DNA of 64,000 nucleotides, taken from NCBI RefSeq assembly GCF_002256985.1, contig NZ_NCGO01000007.1, forward strand, positions 80,475-144,474, read 5' to 3'. The stretch comes from Novosphingobium sp. 28-62-57. GTDB lineage: Bacteria > Pseudomonadota > Alphaproteobacteria > Sphingomonadales > Sphingomonadaceae. The translations under genes were made by a program, and so were the position numbers. The notes beneath the pieces were generated by a model that saw only the letters and a program-made list of their open reading frames with translations, was not told the DNA's origin and did no database searches. Of the stretch, positions 49,516 to 59,243 are shown in pieces; the stretch's first letter is position 1; each line of letters starts with the position of its first letter.

Positions 49516-51822
49516 TTAGCCGTTTACAACCTTGGCTGGCGCGATCACAGGCACATCGCCTAGCAAAGCTCTGGCATCCTGCGCTGGCATGGCTTCCCAG
49601 AACAGATGGCCCTGGATCATCTGGCAGCCCGCAGCTTGCACCAGCGCACGTTGCATCGGGGTTTCCACACCTTCAGCCACGACTTTCATCCGCAGCGTGT
49701 GCCCAAGCGAGACGATGGCGCGCAGGATGGCATGTGCATCCAGATCCGCCTCGATGTTCTGCACGAAGGACCGATCGATCTTGATCCGGTCAAACTGGAA
49801 CGAGCGCAGATAGCTGAGCGAGGAATACCCGATCCCGAAATCGTCCAAGGCGATACGGAAACCACGATATTTCAGTCCCTTGAGCATATCGACCACATGG
49901 TCGCTGCGATCCAGCATGATGCCCTCGGTCACTTCCAGCACAAAGCGCCGGGGATCGGCACCCGTTTCGCGCACCAGATCATCGATGGACTGCAGGAAAT
50001 CGTTGGCCATAATTTGCAGCGGTGACAGGTTCACCGAAATGTCGCAGTCGGGCCAATCCCGGCATTCGGTAAACACCCGCCGCAAGACCCACGCGCCCAG
50101 CGGGATCATCAGTCCGGCCTGTTCGGCTACGGGCACGAACAGGCCCGGCCTGATCCAGCCGCGTTCCGGATGTGGCCAGCGCAGCAAGGCTTCGAAGCCT
50201 TCGATCCGGCCATCGGCTGCCGTCACGATGGGCTGGAACGCCAGCGTCAGTTCATCCCGCGCGATGGCCCGGCGCAGTTCCATTTCCATCTCGCGCCGCA
50301 GCTTGACCGAAGCATCCATATCACGCGTGAAGCGCCGATAGCGCGCACGCCCGCGCTGCTTGGCCCGGTACAGCGCGATGTCAGCGCGGCGCAGCAGTTC
50401 GCCAGGATCCTCGCTCTGTTCAGGGCCCCAGCTTATCCCGCAGGACAGGCTGATATCCAGGCTGTGCCCCGATATGATGAACGGCTCCTGCGCCATCGCC
50501 ATCAGCTGGCGGCCCAGCATATCGGCTGCAGCCTTGCCGCCGGTGCTACGGCGCATGAGCACGAATTCGTCTCCGCCAAAGCGGGACAGGAAATCGCCCA
50601 GCGGTAGCGAGCGGCGCAGCCGAATGGCCACCTGCCGCACCAGCTCGTCACCCACGTGATGGCCCAGCGTGTCGTTCACAACCTTGAACCGGTCAATATC
50701 GACGTAAGCGACGAAGACATCGCCAAGTTCGCGACGGGTGACGCAAGCTGCCAGTTCCTGGCGCAGCCGCTGCATGAAGTGGGCACGGTTCGGCAGGCCG
50801 GACATCGCATCGTGCAGGGCATTGTGCTGCGCCTGGGCTTCACTCGCCATCAGTTCGCTGGTGGTGCGCCGCATCCGCCGCACGATGATGGCGCCGCCTG
50901 CCACCACACCGACGAAGAACAAAATGTAGATTGCCAATAACGGTGCCGTCTGGCGCAGGATCGCAGGCCCCGGTGGCTTGGTCTTCCAGCTGAGCCAGGC
51001 GATCGTGTGCCCGCGCGGATCCCGGATGGACAGGAGATTGCGCGTCGCCGCGCTGGTCGGTGCCATCAGGATGCGCACGTCTTCCAGCAGCAACGAGGAT
51101 TGCAGGTCGGCAATGACACGCTGATCCAGTTTGCGCACCAGCACGATGTAATCCGGTGCGCCCTTCAGCACAGATGGCGTTGCGTCGGGTACGATAGACG
51201 CCACAGCAATAATGGCCGGTCCGCCATCGACAGGCACCATCGCCGAAGCCCCCAGCGACAGCGGGAGCCCCTGTGCATCGTAAGGCCAGTTCACCGCCCC
51301 TTGCCGTCGCCACACGCGGGCATCTTTGCCCGCGGCATCCTTGCGCAACGAGCGGTTGATCAGGTCCTGCACAGTGGATTGCAGTTGATCATAGCGGCAG
51401 TCCTGGGCGGCCCCGGACGGCACCGCCTGCGATCCCTTCCAGCAGCGCACCAATTGTCCGCTGATCCCTACGTGGTAGATCCGGTCGATCCGATGGCTGC
51501 CCCCGAAATAGCCCGCGATATAGTCCCGCGCCCAGACTTCGGCATCAGGCGCGCGCAGCTTGGTGACCGCTTCATCCCAGACGAGTTGCAGCGCCCCGGT
51601 CTCCAGTATCTGGCGTTCGCTGCGCTCCAGAAAGCGCTGGACCAGATGCTGCTCTTCCTCGCGGGCAAACTGATCGGCGATATCGGTGGAATTGCGAAAA
51701 GCCGCCACCAGCGCCGCAGTCAGCGCCACAAGCGCGAGGAATGTCGCCACGACAATCCATCCGGCGTTTGCTCCGCCGGTGGCATGCCGTCGTGCGGCGT
51801 TTGTCGAGGGTGCTTTGCCCAT
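49516..51822 (-). CDS. Membrane-bound GGDEF-EAL protein with a CHASE4-like periplasmic sensor
   Basis: Two TMs flanking a WDEA-containing domain; SRFGGDEF; FEALLRW, DDFGIGYSSL, KIDRSF, AEGVET. Confidence 0.9.
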   Translation of the reverse strand: MGKAPSTNAARRHATGGANAGWIVVATFLALVALTAALVAAFRNSTDIADQFAREEEQHLVQRFLERSERQILETGALQLVWDEAVTKLRAPDAEVWARDYIAGYFGGSHRIDRIYHVGISGQLVRCWKGSQAVPSGAAQDCRYDQLQSTVQDLINRSLRKDAAGKDARVWRRQGAVNWPYDAQGLPLSLGASAMVPVDGGPAIIAVASIVPDATPSVLKGAPDYIVLVRKLDQRVIADLQSSLLLEDVRILMAPTSAATRNLLSIRDPRGHTIAWLSWKTKPPGPAILRQTAPLLAIYILFFVGVVAGGAIIVRRMRRTTSELMASEAQAQHNALHDAMSGLPNRAHFMQRLRQELAACVTRRELGDVFVAYVDIDRFKVVNDTLGHHVGDELVRQVAIRLRRSLPLGDFLSRFGGDEFVLMRRSTGGKAAADMLGRQLMAMAQEPFIISGHSLDISLSCGISWGPEQSEDPGELLRRADIALYRAKQRGRARYRRFTRDMDASVKLRREMEMELRRAIARDELTLAFQPIVTAADGRIEGFEALLRWPHPERGWIRPGLFVPVAEQAGLMIPLGAWVLRRVFTECRDWPDCDISVNLSPLQIMANDFLQSIDDLVRETGADPRRFVLEVTEGIMLDRSDHVVDMLKGLKYRGFRIALDDFGIGYSSLSYLRSFQFDRIKIDRSFVQNIEADLDAHAILRAIVSLGHTLRMKVVAEGVETPMQRALVQAAGCQMIQGHLFWEAMPAQDARALLGDVPVIAPAKVVNG

Positions 51823-51918
51823 AGTCGGGAACCTAGACAACGGGTTGCAAAGAAATGGTTACCAAATGGTACGCGCCGCGACCTTAAGCATTGAAAGACT
51901 TGATTCATCTGTCGCTGC

Positions 51919-51943
51919 GGAACCGAAAGTCCGTTTGCCGGTT
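51919..51943 (+). promoter_or_regulatory. Candidate EcfG (general stress sigma) promoter
   Basis: GGAAC-N17-GTT ending 37 nt before the ATG at 51981. Confidence 0.6.
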
Positions 51944-51980
51944 GAAGACCTGTTCCGGGACGGGATGTGGAGAGACTTTT

Positions 51981-52127
51981 ATGTTGCTGACAATCGCTCT
52001 TGTACTCTTCGTCCTGTGAGCACTGGGCGTTTTTGCGTTCAAGGTTACCGCCGGTCTGATCCATCTGGTGCTGGTCGTCGCGCTGGTTATCGGCCTCGTG
52101 CAGCTTATCCGCGGGCGCAGGGTCTGA
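51981..52127 (+). pseudogene. lmo0937/DUF5670-like small membrane protein interrupted by an in-frame TGA
   Basis: MLLTIALVLFVL*ALGVFAFKVTAGLIHLVLVVALVIGLVQLIRGRRV; TGA at 52017-52019 where this family typically has Trp; GGAGAGA RBS. Confidence 0.75.
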
Positions 52128-52252
52128 ATGGCACGAATGGCCCTGATGGATTAGCCGGTGAGAAGGGTTGCGGATTGCAACCGGGCTGACTACCTTTCAG
52201 CCTGAGAGAGACGCCGGTTGTCTGGCGGATTCAACATTGTCGGGAGAATGAC

Positions 52253-53677
52253 ATGCGCGAGCGGCTGCAGCAGTACATCAATGGCCAATGGGTCGACAGC
52301 GAAGGCGGCAAGCGCCATGAAGTGATCAACCCGGCAACGGAAGAAGCCTGCTGCGCGATAACGCTGGGCACCAAAGCCGATGTCGACAAGGCTGTCGCCG
52401 CTGCGCAGGCCGCCTTCAAGACCTTCAGCAAGACCACGCGCGAGGAACGACTGGCGCTGATGGATCGCATCGTGGCCGAATTCAAAAAGCGCGCGCCAGA
52501 CCTTGCCGTTGCCATGGCCGAGGAAATGGGCGCACCGGTCAGCTTTGCCGGAACCGGACAAGTCGGCGCCGGGATCGGCGGCTTCCTTGGCACGATGGCT
52601 GCGCTCAAGAATTTCAACTTCATGGAAGACAACGGGGCCTACAAGGTCGCCTATGAACCGATCGGTGTGGTTGGCATGATCACCCCGTGGAACTGGCCGC
52701 TCAACCAGATCGCGCTGAAGGTTGCACCGGCGCTGGCGGCGGGCAACACGATGATACTCAAGCCATCGGAAGAATGCCCGACCAACGCTGCGATCTTCGC
52801 CGAAATCATGGATGCAGCGGGCGTTCCTCCCGGCGTGTTCAACCTGATTCAGGGCGATGGCCCCGGGGTTGGCACGGCGATCAGTTCACACCCCGGCATC
52901 GATATGGTGAGCTTCACCGGATCGACCCGCGCAGGCATCCTTGTCGCCAAGGCCGCGGCTGACACGGTCAAGCGCGTGCATCAGGAGCTCGGCGGGAAGT
53001 CGCCCAATCTGGTCCTGCCCGATGCCGATTTCGCCGCACATCTGCCTTCCACCGCTTCCGGCCCGCTGGTCAACAGCGGCCAGTCGTGCATCTCGCCCAC
53101 GCGCATTCTGGTGCCGCGTGAGCGTGAGCAGGAAGCGGCAGCCTTCGTCTCTGCGATGTATGCGGCAACGCCGGTGGGCGATCCGATGCAGGAAGGGCAG
53201 CACCTTGGCCCGGTGGTGAACAAGACGCAGTTCGACAAGATCCGGGGGCTGATCCAGTCCGCCATCGATGATGGTGCCAAGCTTGAAACGGGCGGGCCCG
53301 ACCTGCCCGCCAACGTCAACCGCGGCTATTACATCAAGCCCACGGTGTTTTCGGGCGTGACGCCGGACATGCGCATCGCGCAGGAAGAAATCTTTGGCCC
53401 GGTGGCCACGATCATGGCCTATGACAGCCTTGATCAGGCCATCGAAATCGCCAACGACACCGCCTATGGCCTGTCCGCATGCATCACCGGCGATCCGGCC
53501 AAGGCAGCGGAAATCGCGCCAGCTTTGCGCGCTGGCATGGTCGCGATCAACAACTGGGGCCCCTCGCCGGGCGCGCCGTTCGGCGGGTACAAGCAATCGG
53601 GCAATGGCCGTGAAGGCGGGCTTTATGGCCTGAAGGACTTCATGGAAATGAAGGCGATCAGCGGCCTGCCTGCCTGA
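52253..53677 (+). CDS. NAD-dependent aldehyde dehydrogenase
   Basis: ITPWNWP, KPSE, SFTGS, ELGGKSP, GQSC (catalytic Cys), EEIFGPV, PFGG.KQSG.GRE. Confidence 0.96.
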   Translation: MRERLQQYINGQWVDSEGGKRHEVINPATEEACCAITLGTKADVDKAVAAAQAAFKTFSKTTREERLALMDRIVAEFKKRAPDLAVAMAEEMGAPVSFAGTGQVGAGIGGFLGTMAALKNFNFMEDNGAYKVAYEPIGVVGMITPWNWPLNQIALKVAPALAAGNTMILKPSEECPTNAAIFAEIMDAAGVPPGVFNLIQGDGPGVGTAISSHPGIDMVSFTGSTRAGILVAKAAADTVKRVHQELGGKSPNLVLPDADFAAHLPSTASGPLVNSGQSCISPTRILVPREREQEAAAFVSAMYAATPVGDPMQEGQHLGPVVNKTQFDKIRGLIQSAIDDGAKLETGGPDLPANVNRGYYIKPTVFSGVTPDMRIAQEEIFGPVATIMAYDSLDQAIEIANDTAYGLSACITGDPAKAAEIAPALRAGMVAINNWGPSPGAPFGGYKQSGNGREGGLYGLKDFMEMKAISGLPA

Positions 53678-54929
53678 TTTTCACACCCGGCAACAACGAC
53701 AGGGCCGCCCCCACCGTGGAGCGGCCCTTTTCATTGCGCTGCCGTGCCGAAGCCAGCGCGCGGGGGTAGACCTCCCCGAGCAACTGTTCGAACGTCTGCT
53801 GCCATTCGAAGCGCCCGGCAACATGCGCGCGGGCTGCGCGGCTCATCGTCTCACGCTCGCCACCTTGCCACACCTGCGTGACCGCGGCCGCCATCGCGGC
53901 TGCATCGTCAACGCCGACCAGCAGGCCAGTGCCCGGAACAATGCGTTCATTCATCGCGCCCGATGCCACGCCAACCACGGGCAAACCGCTGGCCTGCGCC
54001 TCAACAATCGAGATGCCGAACGTCTCGTCCGCCATAGCGGAGACATAGATATCGGCCGACGCCAGCGCGCGGGCCAGAGCGCTACGATCGCTCATGAACC
54101 CCGGAAAGGCGACCTGCATGCCCTTGGCCTCATCGCGCAAGCCTTCGCGCAGCTTGCCATCGCCAATCATCACCAGCGCGGCATCAAGCGCCGGTGGCAG
54201 CCGCCGGAACATGGCCAGTAGCCGGTCGGCCCGCTTTTCGTTGTCAATCCGCCCGGCATAGATCAGCAGCGGTCCCTTGGCCGTGAGGCCAAGTCCTGCG
54301 CGAAATGCCGAATCGCGACGTCCGGGGTGGAACAGCGCCGTATCCACACCCAGCGACATCACGTCCACGTGATCAACGCGATACCCCCTCAGCACATCGG
54401 CCATCATCGCGCTCAGGGTATAGACCCGATCAAACTCGCGATAGGTCACTTGCGCATAGCTGGTTGCGAGCCGCCGCAAACCGCTGCCGACGAATTCGCC
54501 GAACAGTTCCGAGCCGACCCGGTGGATATGCGCGTTGGGAAAATCGGTGTGATAGCCCGCCACCAGCGCCGTGTGCGGAAAGGCCCGGCGATAATTGATC
54601 GCGGTCCATGGCAGGACCCAAGGGCATTGCGATTCAATCAGATCGGGCCGATATTGTTCAAGCACTTCGCGCACCACTTTTGTGCGCATGATGAAGCGAT
54701 AGTTCGGGCTGCCGCGCACGGGATCTGCGCCCACCTCAACCCAGATATGCCGCCCCTGCTCCACCACGCGGTCTTCGGGACCGGGCACGATCTGCAGCAA
54801 GCGGTGCGGTGTCTGCCCGATGATGTGGCGCTGCTTTTCGCGCAAATAGGTGCCAATCCCGCCGCCGCCATGCGGGGCGTAGCTTTGGGTGAGATCGCAG
54901 ATCAGCAGGGGTTCGGCGGTGTGGTTCAT
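53658..54929 (-). CDS. Glycosyltransferase family 4 (GT-B)
   Basis: D.T..Y...GGG..TYL, GVD...F.P, YAGR...EKR, ETFGISIVEAQASGLPVV. Confidence 0.9.
   Translation of the reverse strand: MNHTAEPLLICDLTQSYAPHGGGGIGTYLREKQRHIIGQTPHRLLQIVPGPEDRVVEQGRHIWVEVGADPVRGSPNYRFIMRTKVVREVLEQYRPDLIESQCPWVLPWTAINYRRAFPHTALVAGYHTDFPNAHIHRVGSELFGEFVGSGLRRLATSYAQVTYREFDRVYTLSAMMADVLRGYRVDHVDVMSLGVDTALFHPGRRDSAFRAGLGLTAKGPLLIYAGRIDNEKRADRLLAMFRRLPPALDAALVMIGDGKLREGLRDEAKGMQVAFPGFMSDRSALARALASADIYVSAMADETFGISIVEAQASGLPVVGVASGAMNERIVPGTGLLVGVDDAAAMAAAVTQVWQGGERETMSRAARAHVAGRFEWQQTFEQLLGEVYPRALASARQRNEKGRSTVGAALSLLPGVKIRQAGR
53701..53731 (+). terminator. Rho-independent terminator of the ALDH gene (inside the 3' end of the opposite-strand GT gene)
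   Basis: AGGGCCGC...GCGGCCCTTTT. Confidence 0.7.
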
Positions 54930-55010
54930 GCCACCCGACAGGCCACGCCAGCGTTTCAGTTTCGGGACGACATGAAGCTGGCGTTACAGTTGATTCGTAG
55001 TCCTAGGGCC

Positions 55011-58000
55011 TCAATAGTCCTTGGCGATGCGCAAGTTCAGGCTCTGATCGCCAATCGTGGAAACCATGCCCAGCAGGGCCAGCCAGCGCGTGATGCGGAA
55101 TTCGACCGAAGTGGCGTTATATCCCGCACCATCGGTAATCAGTTCCACAAACACCCGCCGCCCCAGATATTTTCCCACCGCAATGCTGGTGCCCGCACCC
55201 AGAGCCGGGTCGGCCCCGACAATCCGCAACCGATCCAGCCCGATGGCCGCGCGCAGCTTGTTGATCGGATCGAGCCCGCCGCCGCCGCGCAGCGATGCCA
55301 GCGCTGCTGCCAGTTGCACCGCCTCGGGCGCGGAAATCTGCGTGATCGAGCTGCCAAACAGGATGCGGCTCAGCAGTTCCTCTTCGGGCAGTGCCGGGGT
55401 TGACGAGAACGCGATCACCGGCTTGTTCCCGGTGCCGGAAATCGTGATCTTGGCATTGATATTGTTGGCATCGCCTTCGGCCACGATATCAAGCTGCGGA
55501 TCAACCGGCACTTCGCCGGCAAAACGGATGCGCCCGCGCGTCAGTTCAAAACGCTTGCCCGCAAATTCATAGCCACCGCGCACCAGGTCCGCCGTGCCAA
55601 AGATTTGCGGCGCGGCCGTTGTCCCGCGCAAGCGGATGTCGGCCCCCCATTCGCTGTCCAGCCCCAGCCCGCGCACATCGATGCGGTTTGCGCCCGCCGC
55701 ATCGATCATGAACTGCCACGGTTTGAAAGCGGTGCGGGGTGGTGCCGCATCGGCATGGGCATTGATCTCACGCGTCGGGATATTGGGCAGCTCGTTCACC
55801 GCCGTGGCCTGCCCCAAGGCCCATTTCGCCCGCTCGATCCGCACGCGCCCCGCGATGGTGCCGCCCACGCCGGAACTGATGATCCGCAAAGGCCCGGTTA
55901 CGGTTGCCCCCATGTCATCCCGGCTGATCAGTTGCGCATTCTGGGCCGACAGCCTCAGATCGATGCTCGGCCCATGTTCAGACAGTTCGGCCAATCCGAT
56001 CGTGCCACTGCCCGAAACGCGCCCGCCGTTGGTCGTCACCCCGCTAAAGCGCGCGAGTTGCAGCGACGAATCGGTGAACGACCCCGTCAGAGCAACATCG
56101 CGAATGTCGGTGCCGGTCAGCGTGCTTTGCACGCGCAGCCCCTTGGAGGACACCGCCCCGCGCAATACCGGAGCCATGATCGTGCCCGAGATATCGGCCT
56201 GCACGCCCAAAGGCCCTGTCAGATCAAAGATTTCCACGCCCGAAAGCCGCCACAGCGCCTCAGCCGCACCGGAATAGCGCAGTTGCCCCGCCAGTTGCCC
56301 GGCCTCAAGCCGGTCCATGAATGCGCCACCGCGCGGCAGCCCGCTGATGCGGGCCTGCAAACGCCCGCGCACAGCACCGCTTTCGCGGAACACGGTGCGC
56401 ATCTGCACGGCATCCGGGTCCAACCGGCCCACCAGCGCGACGTCCACCGGACGCGACGTGAGCACAAGGCCCGAGCGCGACAATCCCTTGATCATCAGCG
56501 CCACATTGCCCGAAGGCGCGCCCTGCCCGTCGTTGCTGTAATCGATAATGCCCGAAGCAAGGCCGCCAAGTCCCAGATCAGCAACGACTATATCGATCAC
56601 CGACAATGGCATTCGCGCCAATTGCACGCGCAGTTGGGTCGGCCCTCCCAATACGCGCCCTTCGGCGATGATGATGCCCCGGCCAAAGCCGATCTGGGTT
56701 GGCGACAGGCGCCAGCCACGTTCCTCTCCTTCACCCTCGCGGGTCAGGATGGCGCGGCGGGGCATTGAAACCTGCCGTCCGGCATATTCACCCGAAACGT
56801 ATGCCACCACCTGTTCGGGTGAGAATGCGGCCGTGCCTTGCAGGTTGAACCGGGTTCCCCGCCGTCCAGCCACCGATGCGGTTACCGAGCCACTGCCATC
56901 CTGCAGATAGGCCGCAGCGGCCAGTTTGCCGATGAACACTTTGCCCTTGCCGATACCCTCGGCCAGGAGATTGCCCTCAATGGTGGAACTGCCGTCCTTC
57001 AACAGTCCGCTCGCATCGATCCGTGCATAGCCAACCGAAAGCGGGCTTGCTCCGCCAAACTTGGCCTTGCGCGCGATGATATCGGCATCAAAGCCCTGCC
57101 CGCCGTCGCGCGGAACCAGTTGCACCGTGCCATCAAGACCCCCGCCGACCAGCGCGATCTGCCCCGCCATCCCATCATCACCAAGCGTGAGTCCGCCGGT
57201 CACATCGGTCTGCCACACGCGGAACCGCTCGATAGCGATGCGGGTTGGCTGGCTCGGCGGCATGAACAGGCCGAAAGCACCGTTGAACGGGCCCAGCGTG
57301 GACTGGCCTTCCGTCTCGATCCGGAAACCATCAGCAATGGGAGCGAGCGCCACGCGCACATCTTTCAGCCCGGCGGCGGGTAGCGGATTTGCCAGCACCA
57401 AAACCGCGTTCGGACCATCAGAGGTCATCGCCGCTTCGACCGTAAACGCCCCGTACTCGGTATGCCGCCCGCTGCCCTTGAGCGATGCGGCGCCCCCCAT
57501 TTCGACCCGTCCGTCGAGCGCCATTTGCAGCTTGGCCGAGTTGATCGTGGCCTTGCGGAAGGTCACAGGCACCCGCTCACCCAGCGCCAGACCACCAGCA
57601 AAGCGCACGCCGCCGCCGGTCAGGGTTTGCAAAGTGGTATTGTCGATCCGGGTCATGCGCCCGGCAAGGTTGGCTTGCAGTGTCCAAGGCACGCCATTGC
57701 CCAGCTTGAACAGGATCTTGGCAGTGCCATCCACCGCGCCAAGATTTTCCACCGCAAAGCCGCGCGCCACAATCGGCCCGGCCAGCGCATAGCCACCGCG
57801 CGCCATATCGCCGCGCAGGTAGAGCTTTGCGCCAAGGCCTTTCATCGCCAGCGTCAGATCATCAGACGTCAGTTTGCTGCCTTCAAACACCAGATTGCCG
57901 CCAATGCGTGCGCCGGGAAAGCGCGGATCGATCATGGCATTGCCGCTGACTACGCGGCGCGCCGTCACGGCCAGCGGCAGCACGAAGCGCTTGCCATCCC

Positions 58001-59243
58001 ACGTGGCCGTGCCAACAGACCGCAGCCCTTGGGCATCCAGCGTGCCCAGCTTCAACCGCTCAACCGCAACAGTGTGGTCGATAGCCAGATCATCAAACGC
58101 GCCATCCAGCGTTGCATCAATGTCCACGCCCGCCAGTTCGGGCGTTTCCAGCACCAGCGCAGGCCGCAGCAGCTTTGCTTTTACTTTCAGCGCATCAGCG
58201 GTGTTTTCAGCAAGGTTCAACTCGCCCTCGGCCGATGCCTTGAACGCCGCTCCTGCCGTGCGGAACCGCCCGTTGAAAACATTGCCCGCAAATGTGCCGT
58301 CATAAAGCACCGACAGCGCCTCACCCACGGCCTGCCCGGCGGTCCCGCTCAACACCGCTTCCGGGTAGGCTTGCCCGGCGAGCCGATAGATGCCCGAACG
58401 GTTGCCAAGCTGAAACGCCGCCAGCTTGCGTCCATCCTGCGTGGCATAGGCGATGCCGTCCCATTTCGACCAACCGCCACTGCCAAAGACGCGCGCCTTG
58501 ATATCGGATTCCACACCCGCCATCGCCGCGATCACGCCATCCTTGGGCGCATCATAGACCAGCCGCAGATCGAACTTGTCGCGATCCGGCTCGCTGTCCA
58601 GCCGGAACATGATCCGGTCCTTGCCGCCAAACAGGCCGTCCACATCGACAATGGCATTGCCGCCCCGGATATCGGCCTTGGCCAGCACATCCACGCGCCG
58701 TTTCTGCCCGGCCAGTGCTTCGGACACGGTCAGGTTGTCGATCACCAGCTTGTCTACGCGAATGTCGAAATCGGGCAGGATCGGCGCGTTGGGATCTTCG
58801 CTGGGCCGCAGGCGCGGGGCGCGGCGCAGAACACCGCGATGCAGTGCAAGCAGCCGCACATCGAGACCGGTCTTGAGCCAAGACAGCGGCCGCCAATCCA
58901 GCTCTGCCTCGGGCACGGTCAGAAACACACCTTCGGGGTCGCTCACCCGGATATCGCGGAGCTTGGCCTCGCCATAGATCGAACCATCGATCCGACCGAT
59001 CTCGATGCGCAAACCGGACCCCGGCGTAATCGCGGCGATCCTGTCGGATACCAGCCGGTGCCCCAGCGAAGAATCGAGGATAAGCAGCGCCGCCAGCACA
59101 AGTGCAACCGCGGCAACCGCCAAGATTGCCAACCGCTTAGCCAAGCCGCGCACAATGCGGCTGCGGCGCGACCGGACCGGCGCTGTCGATGGCGCGGTTG
59201 CAGGCGGCTCTGGCGGCGATACAGGCGGCAACTCGTCGGCCAT
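55011..59243 (-). CDS. tamB: Translocation and assembly module protein TamB
   Basis: 1410 aa, N-terminal TM, beta-taco repeats, C-terminal DUF490-like region (G.Y.FAGKRF.L..G.I.F, GKYLG.R.FV); coupled to tamA (TGATG). Confidence 0.88.
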   Translation of the reverse strand: MADELPPVSPPEPPATAPSTAPVRSRRSRIVRGLAKRLAILAVAAVALVLAALLILDSSLGHRLVSDRIAAITPGSGLRIEIGRIDGSIYGEAKLRDIRVSDPEGVFLTVPEAELDWRPLSWLKTGLDVRLLALHRGVLRRAPRLRPSEDPNAPILPDFDIRVDKLVIDNLTVSEALAGQKRRVDVLAKADIRGGNAIVDVDGLFGGKDRIMFRLDSEPDRDKFDLRLVYDAPKDGVIAAMAGVESDIKARVFGSGGWSKWDGIAYATQDGRKLAAFQLGNRSGIYRLAGQAYPEAVLSGTAGQAVGEALSVLYDGTFAGNVFNGRFRTAGAAFKASAEGELNLAENTADALKVKAKLLRPALVLETPELAGVDIDATLDGAFDDLAIDHTVAVERLKLGTLDAQGLRSVGTATWDGKRFVLPLAVTARRVVSGNAMIDPRFPGARIGGNLVFEGSKLTSDDLTLAMKGLGAKLYLRGDMARGGYALAGPIVARGFAVENLGAVDGTAKILFKLGNGVPWTLQANLAGRMTRIDNTTLQTLTGGGVRFAGGLALGERVPVTFRKATINSAKLQMALDGRVEMGGAASLKGSGRHTEYGAFTVEAAMTSDGPNAVLVLANPLPAAGLKDVRVALAPIADGFRIETEGQSTLGPFNGAFGLFMPPSQPTRIAIERFRVWQTDVTGGLTLGDDGMAGQIALVGGGLDGTVQLVPRDGGQGFDADIIARKAKFGGASPLSVGYARIDASGLLKDGSSTIEGNLLAEGIGKGKVFIGKLAAAAYLQDGSGSVTASVAGRRGTRFNLQGTAAFSPEQVVAYVSGEYAGRQVSMPRRAILTREGEGEERGWRLSPTQIGFGRGIIIAEGRVLGGPTQLRVQLARMPLSVIDIVVADLGLGGLASGIIDYSNDGQGAPSGNVALMIKGLSRSGLVLTSRPVDVALVGRLDPDAVQMRTVFRESGAVRGRLQARISGLPRGGAFMDRLEAGQLAGQLRYSGAAEALWRLSGVEIFDLTGPLGVQADISGTIMAPVLRGAVSSKGLRVQSTLTGTDIRDVALTGSFTDSSLQLARFSGVTTNGGRVSGSGTIGLAELSEHGPSIDLRLSAQNAQLISRDDMGATVTGPLRIISSGVGGTIAGRVRIERAKWALGQATAVNELPNIPTREINAHADAAPPRTAFKPWQFMIDAAGANRIDVRGLGLDSEWGADIRLRGTTAAPQIFGTADLVRGGYEFAGKRFELTRGRIRFAGEVPVDPQLDIVAEGDANNINAKITISGTGNKPVIAFSSTPALPEEELLSRILFGSSITQISAPEAVQLAAALASLRGGGGLDPINKLRAAIGLDRLRIVGADPALGAGTSIAVGKYLGRRVFVELITDGAGYNATSVEFRITRWLALLGMVSTIGDQSLNLRIAKDY

